From: a virus | Lineage: Duplodnaviria > Caudoviricetes | Virus record (IMG/VR): IMGVR_UViG_3300025508_000027 | Location: 1 to 50,922 of that record | Length of the DNA stretch: 50,922 bases | Strand: one strand, 5' to 3' | Shown: in pieces, positions 36,335-45,182 of the stretch | How positions within the stretch are numbered: the first letter of the stretch is position 1 | How the letters are laid out: the number at the start of each line of letters is the position of its first letter | Program-made: the position numbers and the translations under genes | Notes under the pieces: generated by a model | What the model saw: only the letters and a program-made list of their open reading frames with translations | Database searches by the model: none | Told to the model about the DNA's origin: nothing

Positions 36335-37029
36335 ACGAATCTGTTTTTTAGGGCGTTGTAGTTTTGGAGGACTTCTGTAGATGAAAGGCTTTTATTATAA
36401 AGTTTCATTAAAGCAAAGTCCCCATAAAAGCATTGACTAGAATCAAAACCACCACCTAATGTGTCTTGTTCTTGACCAAAAATAAGAGTACCTGGGGTTT
36501 CAGTAGAAACATTAGCATCTCTAGTTGTAGAAAATTCTTCGGAACCATTTACATAAAGTTTTTCAGCACCACTAGATTTAATTCTAGTTCTTACTAAATT
36601 AAACCAAGAAGTAGTGTTCGGTATATCCCAATTAGTACTCTCATTAGTACTAGGGCCATAAAATTTCAATTCACCAGATGAAAAGTACATTAAAGATTCG
36701 TTATTTTGATCATCAGAATATGCATAACTTACAGTAGCACCATTAAATGATGTTGTTGTAAATTTTACCCATATAGAAATAGAATAATCATCAGCAGGAA
36801 AACTATATGATGATTTTTCTAAATATTGGGTAGCTTGGTTTGAGGAAAAAGTAAATCTATCTGGCAAAGTATTAAGTGTAGGACTACCACTAATAGTAAA
36901 GTTATTAGATGAATCCGCTAAATTATTAAAAGAAGTACCACTACCAGAATACGACTTACTATTCCCCGCATCTACATAGAATACTAGCCCATCGGTTACG
37001 ATAGGTGCGTTATTTGCAAACCCTCCCAT
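36331..37029 (-). CDS. LamG-fold protein with a pentraxin-type core
   Basis: Same terminal motifs as its neighbour, but with SYA....NNE.L and IFGQEQDTLGGGFDSSQCFYGDF. Confidence 0.8.
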   Translation of the reverse strand: MGGFANNAPIVTDGLVFYVDAGNSKSYSGSGTSFNNLADSSNNFTISGSPTLNTLPDRFTFSSNQATQYLEKSSYSFPADDYSISIWVKFTTTSFNGATVSYAYSDDQNNESLMYFSSGELKFYGPSTNESTNWDIPNTTSWFNLVRTRIKSSGAEKLYVNGSEEFSTTRDANVSTETPGTLIFGQEQDTLGGGFDSSQCFYGDFALMKLYNKSLSSTEVLQNYNALKNRFV

Positions 37030-37284
37030 TTAGATGTCTGAGTTAGGGTCAGTCCAGTCAGTCCCAGCCAACAGCGTAAGAATCTCTTCGTGAGTGTATT
37101 CCTGACTGCGTGTAGCGAGAGCCACAACAGAAGGTGGTTGGCCCCCTTCGTACTTAACGAAGCTCTTGCTTTCGTCTACACTCTTCCTGAGGGTGTCCGC
37201 TGATGTCTCCATAACCTCTGAGAAGTCAATGGTTGCTACTTCGCTCATATCGAAGATTACGTAATGTCTGTTTTCGAAATGCAT
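37030..37284 (-). CDS. Small tail-fibre-associated protein (84 aa)
   Basis: YVI...IDFSEV.ETS..TLRKS.D..K.FVKY.G..P...YTH.EIL..L...W; sits between the fibre and the LamG genes. Confidence 0.6.
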   Translation of the reverse strand: MHFENRHYVIFDMSEVATIDFSEVMETSADTLRKSVDESKSFVKYEGGQPPSVVALATRSQEYTHEEILTLLAGTDWTDPNSDI

Positions 37285-37299
37285 TAAACGTGTTTTTTA

Positions 37300-39402
37300 T
37301 TAAACTACAGTAAAGTCGTTAGATGGATTAAACCAAATCTGCCCATTTGTGCTATCTAAACAATAACCAACCAAACGAACAATATCTCCACTTCCTGAAG
37401 GAGCGGTGCTCGTAATGTCTCCAGCTGTAGTGGAAACGTATAACTCATCAGCAACGGTTCCTGGATCATGATCTAAAGTAAACATACCACGAAGCAACAT
37501 GCCGTCTGCATCGGGATCAGTGCCCAAAGCAATCGCCAACAGTACGCCTCCAGCAGTAGCTGTAGCGTCAGCATCGGTTGCCGCCCATGTCCCGTCAGCT
37601 TTATAGTAACAAAGCTCGCCCTGAGTAGTAGTGCCAGTACCTATGTAAATAACTTCTCCTTGGTGAGAGAAATTCGCTACTGCTGTTTTTTCAAGATTAA
37701 CTTGTTTAAACTTGTTAATGGTTACGCCGTCAGAGTCGTCTACAGTGAGCTTAGGTAAACCAGACACGTCATTTACGCTGAAGATAGTCCCAGTGGTAGC
37801 TGTGTCTACTTGGAACAAGTCATGAGTGCCATCGTGGACAGTGAAGGTGTCTGCCGTTCCGCTTGAGTCAAGCTCGATATCAAGGTTGTGCCCGTTAGTG
37901 TCTATAGTTCTGTCAGCATCAAGAGTTTGATCAGCAGTACCAATGCCTCCAGACCCGCCTCCACTAACAGCGGCCCAAGTTAAACCTCCTGTGTTTCCAG
38001 ATTGGGCAGTAAGCACGTAACCATTAGTAGGCGCGTTAGAAACCTTAAGGTTTGCCTCGTCTACTACGTTATCCGCTATGACTTGAGCTCCATCTGCTGT
38101 AGACGTGACTTCTCCTGTGTGGTTAGGGTGCGTATAAGATCCTGAGTTGTTGACCCAATCTAAAACCCCGTTGCCATCAGTCTTAAGTATCTGACCATCG
38201 GTCCCGTCGTCGGTAGGAAGAGTAAGGGTATAAGTAGCCCCAGCAGAGTGGGCAGGACCTTTTATGGTTACGCCGTGAGAGTTATCTTCACAGTTAAAGC
38301 GTATAGCGCCAGCGTTGGTATTTCCTTTTAACTCTACAAATCCAGTCCCGTTGGCAGCTAGTAAAAGGTTTCCGTTGGTATTCGTTGTGCTTACTGTATT
38401 TGCATCTAGATTGATGTTATCAACCTGAATGCTGTCACTGAATGTTTTTGCCCCGCTAAAGGTTTGAGTACCAGACAGATGAGCTGTGTCGGAATCCAGA
38501 TAGGCGCTGGCTATAGCAGCTCCATTCCAAGTACCAGAGTCTATAGTGCCAACGGTTGTTATTGCAAGGGCATTTATGTCAGCCTGGGTTTGATCTGAGT
38601 TGGTAACTTTAGCTGTATTAGCGTCTATTTCAGCAAGAAGAGTGTTGTCTAATTTATCTTCCGTTACTGAATCATTGGCTAACTGAGTGGTCCCAACACC
38701 ACCATCCGTAATAGATATATCATTGGCGTTAGCGGTTATCCCTGTGCCTCCTGCAACATTTAAGGTAACATCACCCGACGTACCCCCGTCAGTCAATCCA
38801 GTTCCTGCAACCACGGAAGTTATATCTCCAGACCCAAAATCACTAAAATCAACATACTTAAGGTTATTGCTATCAGACGTGTCTTGAATTAAAACCTTAT
38901 CGTCAGACGCTGGGGTACCAATATCAGAAAGGTCATCCCCTGTAGCTCCTGATCCAAGTCTAGACTGTGTGTTTGAAAGCAGTGTAGCCACCGCACCGAT
39001 GCTAGCTACATTTATAGAGTCAGCTGATGCTCTAGCGTTTGCTTCAGCGTCTACATAAGCCTTTGTTGATTGCTGAGTAGGGACCTTAGTGTCTAAATTA
39101 GAAGAAAAGTTGTTTTCGTCAATAACAAAATCAAAGTCAACAGTAGATGTTGCTGTCTTCATAACAGCGCCAGTAGCTGCTACATTAGAGGTCGTGGGTG
39201 AAGCACCATCAGCACCGTCTTGACCAGCAGGACCAGCAGGACCAGCAGGACCAGCTACAGTTGAGTCAGCCCCAGCAGGGCCTTGAGGTCCTGTGTCGCC
39301 TTTATCTCCTTTAACACCTTTCTCTGTTACTACTACCGAGCTAGAGGCTGGGGCTGTAACTGTTACTGAGGTGGACCCGTTTGTTGTAACTGTTATAGCC
39401 AT
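37300..39402 (-). CDS. Tail fibre protein with a collagen-like segment
   Basis: Gly-X-Y run at about 39200-39320, TQQSTKAYVD, GDITSVVAGTGL.DGG.SG.VTL, YTLTLPT.DG..GQ.LKTDG.G.L.W, LYVS.TAG.IT..AP...G.IVR.VGY. Confidence 0.85.
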   Translation of the reverse strand: MAITVTTNGSTSVTVTAPASSSVVVTEKGVKGDKGDTGPQGPAGADSTVAGPAGPAGPAGQDGADGASPTTSNVAATGAVMKTATSTVDFDFVIDENNFSSNLDTKVPTQQSTKAYVDAEANARASADSINVASIGAVATLLSNTQSRLGSGATGDDLSDIGTPASDDKVLIQDTSDSNNLKYVDFSDFGSGDITSVVAGTGLTDGGTSGDVTLNVAGGTGITANANDISITDGGVGTTQLANDSVTEDKLDNTLLAEIDANTAKVTNSDQTQADINALAITTVGTIDSGTWNGAAIASAYLDSDTAHLSGTQTFSGAKTFSDSIQVDNINLDANTVSTTNTNGNLLLAANGTGFVELKGNTNAGAIRFNCEDNSHGVTIKGPAHSAGATYTLTLPTDDGTDGQILKTDGNGVLDWVNNSGSYTHPNHTGEVTSTADGAQVIADNVVDEANLKVSNAPTNGYVLTAQSGNTGGLTWAAVSGGGSGGIGTADQTLDADRTIDTNGHNLDIELDSSGTADTFTVHDGTHDLFQVDTATTGTIFSVNDVSGLPKLTVDDSDGVTINKFKQVNLEKTAVANFSHQGEVIYIGTGTTTQGELCYYKADGTWAATDADATATAGGVLLAIALGTDPDADGMLLRGMFTLDHDPGTVADELYVSTTAGDITSTAPSGSGDIVRLVGYCLDSTNGQIWFNPSNDFTVV
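39223..39255. repeat. 9-bp tandem repeat (ACCAGCAGG, about 3.7 copies) encoding Gly-Pro-Ala collagen triplets
   Basis: Read directly from the sequence. Confidence 0.85.
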
Positions 39403-39403
39403 G

Positions 39404-39850
39404 TTATCTTGAAATGTCTTCGTTTACACTAAATGACCCTCTTAGTATAGTTGTTACTACATCGCTAACTTTTTGCTGAATATCGTAAGTAAAAGAACCA
39501 ACAGGTAGCTCCTTCATGACATCCGCTGAAGCTGTAACGGTAACAACGCCAGAAGTAGTTCCGTCGCTAAACACAAACCCATTGCTTAGTTTTGACTTTT
39601 GTTCTTCGCTTAAAGCCTTGGCATCCGAAGTAGAAGAAGAAAGGCTGCTAGAAGCAATCACTTCCCTTTCAGAAACTCCTGTTCGGGATCTAACGGGATT
39701 AGTCTTTACATCCATTAAAAACTCATATTCAGTCAAATCTAAAGCGGTTCCGCTAGAATCATTCAGTGTAAGATTGAGAGAAAAAGTGTCTCCTCTTTTG
39801 CAGGTGATATCAAGCCTTTCAGCTACGTCTAAGTTTACTTTGCTTGCCAT
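39404..39850 (-). CDS. Putative fibre-attachment/adaptor protein (BppU-N-like Ig fold)
   Basis: DIT..RGDTF...L....G..LDLT.Y...M.V...YDIQ...TIL.G.F.V..D; directly upstream of the fibre. Confidence 0.55.
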   Translation of the reverse strand: MASKVNLDVAERLDITCKRGDTFSLNLTLNDSSGTALDLTEYEFLMDVKTNPVRSRTGVSEREVIASSSLSSSTSDAKALSEEQKSKLSNGFVFSDGTTSGVVTVTASADVMKELPVGSFTYDIQQKVSDVVTTILRGSFSVNEDISR

Positions 39851-39851
39851 G

Positions 39852-42296
39852 TTATCCTAATAGTGAGTTTACAATGTTGTCTACGCTATCCCCAGCCTCT
39901 GGAAGTTCACCTCTATTTCCTTGACGCTGAGAAAGCAACTTACTTTGTTCAGAGGACTGCTTCTTTACTCTATCGTCTTTTCTGTCTTCTTTTAAAACCT
40001 CAAGTTTTTGCTTAAACTCTTGATCTTCAGTTTTAAACCCAAGGGTGGCCTGAGCTTTGATAAGCTCGATCTCTTTCCTAAACTGATGCTTAACCTGCTC
40101 TAGCTGACTCTCTAACTGCGCTTTAAGCTGCATCTGCTGGGCCTCTATCTGAGCCTCCATTTGCATCTCCTGCTGCTTTGCCTGAGAAGCAGCTTGAGCA
40201 GCCTGTTGAGCTGACTGAGCTTGCATCTGTGAGTTTTGAGCGGCCATCTGCTGCTGAAGAGCCATACGCTTCTTGCGTCTTACCACTAAAAGCCTTTCGG
40301 CCTGGTTAACGTCCTTCATGTTTCTAATTGCAATCGCATCTTCAAGGTCTATTTCCTTTTGTTGAATAGCCATCTGGACATTCTGCTCTAAATAAGCCTT
40401 ATCCTTGTCTTCCATTTCTTTCACCACCTGTACACCGAAGTTGTACATAGGAAGGTCATTGAACGAAGAAAGAACAGCCATATTTTCCTTTCCTATAGCG
40501 TTGCTATATATCTCATGAAGGACAGACTCTTCTGGTATGATTTGCAAGCACTTAACTATATCTTCACAAACCTTTTTGTAAAGAACCATAGAGGCGTTTG
40601 TGATGTCGTATATAGCGTTGTTTCCAGCTGCAATTGCATTTTGCTGAACGCCTACCAGTGTGTCTCCTTTTGGAGTTGATGCATCCATCATTTCGTTAAC
40701 GCCTGTGGCGTCTCGAATCATACGCAAGTAGTGATTGTAAAGACCTATTAGTTCGTTTATATTACGAATACTATTACCTATCTCTCTTACTGGTGGGTTC
40801 TGGAATCCTCCCTCTGGGTTTTTACTTCTGTAGTAGAATACGCCAGTTTGCTCGTAGATATCATGTAAATCCAAAGGCTGTAGATCTCCGCCTTTTCCTA
40901 GTTGCACGTTCTCTAACCCTTCGATGTCGATAATTAATCCGTCTGGCTTCGCCTTAGCGATAGCTTGCTGAATCTTAAGGTGAGTCAACTGAAGCATATC
41001 AGCAAAACCAGTACAGCTTTCCACCATAGATTTCGGCATCATGTCCCGAATGTTGGTAGCCACTGGAGAATAGGATAGCCTAACCGATGATATATCGTGA
41101 ATGTTCTTTGGTACGTTCTTAGACCTCCCGTAATTAAACACGATGTTAGATCCGTTCATTACATACATACCCCCATAAACGGTAGAGACATCCATTTTAA
41201 CTGGATTTCTTTCGAATACACTGCCTGGTTTCTCAGAGTATTCAAAACCCTTCATGAAGAAGTTTACGTTTCCAAAACGATTTTCTTTCTCTTCGAAGTA
41301 TATGCAATCAACGGAAATAAACTCGAACTCAAGCACATCAACCATGTACTCGTCATATCCATAGTCAGTTCTTTGAGATAGGTTATTATAGCTGCTTTTG
41401 CCAAAAGAACTTGGGTTGTTACCATATTTTCCTTTGACTGATTTAGCTAACTCCTCAAGCTGTTCTTCTGTAATCTCACCAGCAGATATTCTTCTTAGCT
41501 CCTGTATGGACATAGACTTAACATGCCCCGCATAAATTAAATCCTCAAAAAAAGGATCCTCTGTATGACTGTGAATAAACGTAGAGGGGTCTACGTAATC
41601 AGTCTTAATCCCGTGATTAGGATCGTTGCTTCTTTTCACAACGCACATGCCCAAGGCAACCAGATCATTAACGCATCTTCGTAAGGTTCCGTCGTTGAAG
41701 TTATTCCATGAAAGGGTCATGTTAGTCCCTATCTGAGCTGCAATCTCTGCATCAGTTTTGACGTTAGTACCCAGAAGTATCTCAGCTTCCTCTAGAGAGT
41801 CTGGAAGCTGGTCTGGATCCTCGCCAATTACCATACCTGTCTGCTGCTTAAGTTGTTGCAATTGTTTTTTTGCTTCAACCTGGATCTCCATTCTCCTCTT
41901 TTTGTTGTTTTTTTCAGAGGAAGAAAGAGGATCAATAGCCTCTAGGTTTGGGTAAGGGTCTTTAGAAAGTATTTTATTTACAACAACCCTAACAAACTTA
42001 GGCAAAATAGGAACAGGGGTGTAGTCCATATTCATTAAGCTTCCGTCTCCATCGTTAGGGTTGAGTGAACGCAGAAGCTTTTTATATATGTTGGTGTCTT
42101 GAGTGCCGTTAGCGTAATCTCGACTTCTTTCGAATACAGCGTTTCTTTTACCGTAAAGAGATGTAGACTCCTTTATTTTGCCCCACTGGTTTTCAATAGC
42201 CTTTGCATACTGCAAACCATAAGACATACTCTCCTTAGTTGATGCGTCTGCTAGAGGGTTTGGGAAGGAATGCTTGCTATTTTTATCGAGGCTCAT
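39852..42296 (-). CDS. Portal protein (crAss-like)
   Basis: 814 aa after TerL; YGLQYAKAIE..W, PVPILPKFV..VVN, FAD..QLTHLK.QQ, PDG..ID..GL, MIRD.TG.NE..D.STP; Gln-rich C-terminal coil. Confidence 0.88.
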   Translation of the reverse strand: MSLDKNSKHSFPNPLADASTKESMSYGLQYAKAIENQWGKIKESTSLYGKRNAVFERSRDYANGTQDTNIYKKLLRSLNPNDGDGSLMNMDYTPVPILPKFVRVVVNKILSKDPYPNLEAIDPLSSSEKNNKKRRMEIQVEAKKQLQQLKQQTGMVIGEDPDQLPDSLEEAEILLGTNVKTDAEIAAQIGTNMTLSWNNFNDGTLRRCVNDLVALGMCVVKRSNDPNHGIKTDYVDPSTFIHSHTEDPFFEDLIYAGHVKSMSIQELRRISAGEITEEQLEELAKSVKGKYGNNPSSFGKSSYNNLSQRTDYGYDEYMVDVLEFEFISVDCIYFEEKENRFGNVNFFMKGFEYSEKPGSVFERNPVKMDVSTVYGGMYVMNGSNIVFNYGRSKNVPKNIHDISSVRLSYSPVATNIRDMMPKSMVESCTGFADMLQLTHLKIQQAIAKAKPDGLIIDIEGLENVQLGKGGDLQPLDLHDIYEQTGVFYYRSKNPEGGFQNPPVREIGNSIRNINELIGLYNHYLRMIRDATGVNEMMDASTPKGDTLVGVQQNAIAAGNNAIYDITNASMVLYKKVCEDIVKCLQIIPEESVLHEIYSNAIGKENMAVLSSFNDLPMYNFGVQVVKEMEDKDKAYLEQNVQMAIQQKEIDLEDAIAIRNMKDVNQAERLLVVRRKKRMALQQQMAAQNSQMQAQSAQQAAQAASQAKQQEMQMEAQIEAQQMQLKAQLESQLEQVKHQFRKEIELIKAQATLGFKTEDQEFKQKLEVLKEDRKDDRVKKQSSEQSKLLSQRQGNRGELPEAGDSVDNIVNSLLG

Positions 42297-42322
42297 AATT
42301 TACTTGCATTATGCATATTCTG

Positions 42323-42330
42323 CAAATATA
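42323..42330 (-). promoter_or_regulatory. -7 promoter box TATATTTG upstream of the portal gene
   Basis: Intergenic between TerL and portal. Confidence 0.65.
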
Positions 42331-42341
42331 ACAAATCGGCG

Positions 42342-44456
42342 TTAGACCTTATATTTTCTAAAAAATACCTTCTCTTTAAAATCAGACTTGGCTTTTTCTT
42401 TTTCCTTTTGAGCTGCAAGTAAAGCCAAACCAGAACTAATGGTTAAATCAAACTTAGTTCTTTTGTCTATTTTAAACCCAATCCAATCCTCAAGAGTTTT
42501 ATTAAAGTACATAGTGCCTGTCTCTCCGCTTTCGTAGTTTATGCCTACATGATCGTGGATATACTTCTCTATAGACTGAGCGTGAGACTGTATGACATCT
42601 TGAGAATTAGACGGAATTCCTTTTGTTTTTACGTTTACGTGAGAAGAGCTACTCATTAGGTGTCTCGGTCTGTCCATCAAATATCCGTCATAACCCCTTG
42701 ACTCAAAGTATCTTACAATGCCGTACTTATTGTTCTCTACAAGTAAAGGATATCCGTAATAAAACGCACACATAAGAACGTCTTCGTAAAATATACTGGC
42801 TAGATCTGGTCTAGAAGCATACTCCACAACAAACATATTAGAAGGGCGGTTCATGCTAAACTTATTGTACATATGAAGAGCCCCTTTGGACCCTCTGTTG
42901 TCCACAGTAGCATCTAGGTCATATGAGTCAACGCCTCCACAGCCATAAGAGGTGAACGGAGCTATTTTTTTTCCTCTTTCAGTTTTAGATATATTTCTTT
43001 CAGAAGGATCAGGCATCCAAGACACCCTAAACCTGCCATTAGGGGTGGGTGAAAAAACAACCTCTTTGTCTTTTTCCCTCCATGTAAAGTTTCCTACAAC
43101 AACAGGGTTAGGGAACAGCTCGTCGTTATGCTCTATTTGCTGGTATATCTTACCTATATTAAACAAGCTACCCTCGATGCTATCTCTAAAAGCCTCGTCT
43201 TCGGTAAAAGGGAACTGCCGAGTCACTTCGTTTAGCTCTGAAGGGTTGTCTTTAAAGGATTTGCGCTCGTTTTTTAAGTAAGTCTTACTGCCAATTTCTA
43301 TGATGTCCCCATCTATACCATGTATGTGTACGCTTTGGGGAGGATCCTCTACAACAGCATTACCATAAACATCAAAAAACCCTTCTAAGGCGTCATAAGC
43401 TGGAATAAATATTCTATAAAGACCCGTCTTGGTTCTGTCGTTATTGTTTCGCTCATTGGGGTCAGAGTCGTGCCACAAGCCTTTATACTCGTCGCCCCCT
43501 TTATTCATTGGGTTTACCGTACTCCCCACAATAGCCTTGCCGACTACTTTACGCCCTACAATCAAACAAGTACGCTCAATCCTCCAGGCTTCTCTAATGT
43601 CAGTTGGTTTTTCCCACTTACCAGCCTCGTCGAGGTAAAGCATATGTAGCTTCTCGCCGTCATATGCATTGTTTGTGGTGTTCTTCCAGTTTATAACCGT
43701 GTTTAAAGCGTCACCCCTATGTGAAGTCTTGTTGTTTTTAGTGATACGCTTTGACGGCTCACGAAATGCAAGCTCCATACGTGGGTTTGTAGTACCATCC
43801 TGGATAGGCTTGAAGAAGAATGGATAGCCTCTAAAAATAGAGACTACTTTTTTCATAAAAATGTTCTCCTGCGAGTCTTTACCAGTCTTCGACTGTATGC
43901 CAAGAAGCTTCTCTTTAACTTGCGTAGCTTCATCCACCAAGACAGCAGAGCATATGTTAGTGTAGCCAGAACGACGACACTTAGTATAAAGCTGACCGAA
44001 ACAACGAGGGTCAGCTTCACAAGCAGCCATGTGCGTAAAGATGTCTTTTTGGAAAGCGAGGTATGATGGATATCCGATATCAATTTTAGACCATTGTAGA
44101 AACATATAGTGTCTCCCTGTAATATACGTAGGTTCCCCATTATTGTAAAACCATACACCGTTGCGCCTACGCTGAAACTCTTGTTCGATGTAAGAACGAA
44201 ACTTGTTACGAAACTCGGCAGGTTTTTCGAGCCACTCATCCATGCTGCGTATCCTACGCATTTCCTCTGGCATAGGTGTGCGCTTCCACAGCTGCAACTT
44301 CTTTGGCTGGTCATGGAAGAGAATTTCCGATTTGCGCGGTTTTTTCGGTAAAACCACGAGTAACCCGTGGAGCTCGATAGCTTCTCCTTCTGTACCGTTA
44401 GGGTCGATCTTAATCCCCTTAGTTTCATACCCTTTTATGTCGATTATGGTGGACAT
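42342..44456 (-). CDS. terL: Terminase large subunit
   Basis: YITG.HY, Walker A-like KCRRSGYT, Walker B LYLDEAGKW, GSTVN, QFP.TE.EAF, nuclease GVDSYD, LVENNK, D.TISSGLAL. Confidence 0.92.
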   Translation of the reverse strand: MSTIIDIKGYETKGIKIDPNGTEGEAIELHGLLVVLPKKPRKSEILFHDQPKKLQLWKRTPMPEEMRRIRSMDEWLEKPAEFRNKFRSYIEQEFQRRRNGVWFYNNGEPTYITGRHYMFLQWSKIDIGYPSYLAFQKDIFTHMAACEADPRCFGQLYTKCRRSGYTNICSAVLVDEATQVKEKLLGIQSKTGKDSQENIFMKKVVSIFRGYPFFFKPIQDGTTNPRMELAFREPSKRITKNNKTSHRGDALNTVINWKNTTNNAYDGEKLHMLYLDEAGKWEKPTDIREAWRIERTCLIVGRKVVGKAIVGSTVNPMNKGGDEYKGLWHDSDPNERNNNDRTKTGLYRIFIPAYDALEGFFDVYGNAVVEDPPQSVHIHGIDGDIIEIGSKTYLKNERKSFKDNPSELNEVTRQFPFTEDEAFRDSIEGSLFNIGKIYQQIEHNDELFPNPVVVGNFTWREKDKEVVFSPTPNGRFRVSWMPDPSERNISKTERGKKIAPFTSYGCGGVDSYDLDATVDNRGSKGALHMYNKFSMNRPSNMFVVEYASRPDLASIFYEDVLMCAFYYGYPLLVENNKYGIVRYFESRGYDGYLMDRPRHLMSSSSHVNVKTKGIPSNSQDVIQSHAQSIEKYIHDHVGINYESGETGTMYFNKTLEDWIGFKIDKRTKFDLTISSGLALLAAQKEKEKAKSDFKEKVFFRKYKV

Positions 44457-44644
44457 CAATAGCTCTGTCCGTGTGAGTTCATTCTACCCAGCGAAGGTAC
44501 ACCTTCTTTAGGGTTTTTGATCTCCATTTGTTCGCCACACTCACACTGTCCTTCAGGGTAGTAGACACTACCGTTTTTAAACTTCATAGTGAGGTTTCTT
44601 ACAGATTTCTCTGTTTTACATTCTTTGCAAATTAGATCAGGCAT
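44456..44644 (-). CDS. Small zinc-ribbon protein
   Basis: CKEC...CECG; its stop overlaps the TerL start. Confidence 0.65.
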   Translation of the reverse strand: MPDLICKECKTEKSVRNLTMKFKNGSVYYPEGQCECGEQMEIKNPKEGVPSLGRMNSHGQSY

Positions 44645-44662
44645 GTTATTTAATTTAATTCG

Positions 44663-44736
44663 TACACCAGACAGGATTCGAACCTGTGACCGTCTGCTTA
44701 GAAGGCAGATGCTCTATCCAACTGAGCTACTGGTGC
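44663..44736 (-). tRNA. tRNA-Arg(TCT)
   Basis: GCACCAG/CTGGTGT acceptor stem, TCTGC-CT-TCT-AA-GCAGA anticodon arm, GGTTCGAATCC T-arm. CCA is not encoded. Confidence 0.95.
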
Positions 44737-44739
44737 ATG

Positions 44740-44813
44740 TGCTCCCTCCAGGACTTGAACCTGGGACCTGCCGATTATGAGTCGGACGCTCTAACCAACT
44801 GAGCTAAGAGAGC
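44740..44813 (-). tRNA. tRNA with CAT anticodon, most likely tRNA-Ile2 (lysidine, reads AUA)
   Basis: GCTCTCT/AGGGAGC acceptor stem, CCGA-CT-CAT-AA-TCGG arm, GGTTCAAGTCC T-arm. It resembles ileX-type tRNAs and lacks initiator features; elongator Met is not excluded. Confidence 0.85.
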
Positions 44814-44856
44814 TTAAAGTTTACCTTTAAGTTACAAGCTGTATTGTTCTGACTAT

Positions 44857-44864
44857 CAAAGTTA
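44857..44864 (-). promoter_or_regulatory. -7 promoter box TAACTTTG upstream of the tRNA pair
   Basis: Matches TAnnTTTG; enclosed by the inverted repeat GACTAT...ATAGTC. Confidence 0.55.
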
Positions 44865-44894
44865 TAGTCGTCCCAATAGATTAACCCACTAGCA

Positions 44895-45182
44895 TTATTT
44901 AGAGAATCTTTCCGCGAATCCTCCTGAGTAATCTTTTTCTTTTTCGATTTCTCCATTGTCTTTTAGTTCTTTAACCATTTGTTCTAGCCTCTGGCGCTCC
45001 ACCAAAAGCTCTTTACAGTCGATAGCAGTTTGCTTTATGGATTGGAGCTCAGCCTTACGCGCTGACCCACCCGCTTCGGGATCGACAGGCTTCTTGACTT
45101 CTTCGATCATGTTGTTGATCGCAATCTCCATGCTCTGCATAAGCCTCATAGAAGCGCTTACGGTAGTAAATTTACTAGCCAT
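44895..45182 (-). CDS. Helical protein (95 aa), possible terminase small subunit
   Basis: Coiled-coil character and position upstream of TerL only; the function is a guess. Confidence 0.5.
   Translation of the reverse strand: MASKFTTVSASMRLMQSMEIAINNMIEEVKKPVDPEAGGSARKAELQSIKQTAIDCKELLVERQRLEQMVKELKDNGEIEKEKDYSGGFAERFSK

Noticed and set aside
35612-39402. Diversity-generating retroelement or invertible cassette acting on fibre/lectin genes
   Set aside because: No reverse transcriptase or recombinase, and no long template/variable repeat pair seen. The similarity is limited to gene ends.
40100-40260. Gln/Ala-rich repeats in the portal C-terminus
   Set aside because: Ordinary low-complexity coiled-coil barrel of podovirus-type portals.
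43853-44428. 191-aa same-strand alternative-frame ORF within terL
   Set aside because: TTG start, no motif, fully nested in a conserved gene, and terL is intact so no frameshift or intron is needed.
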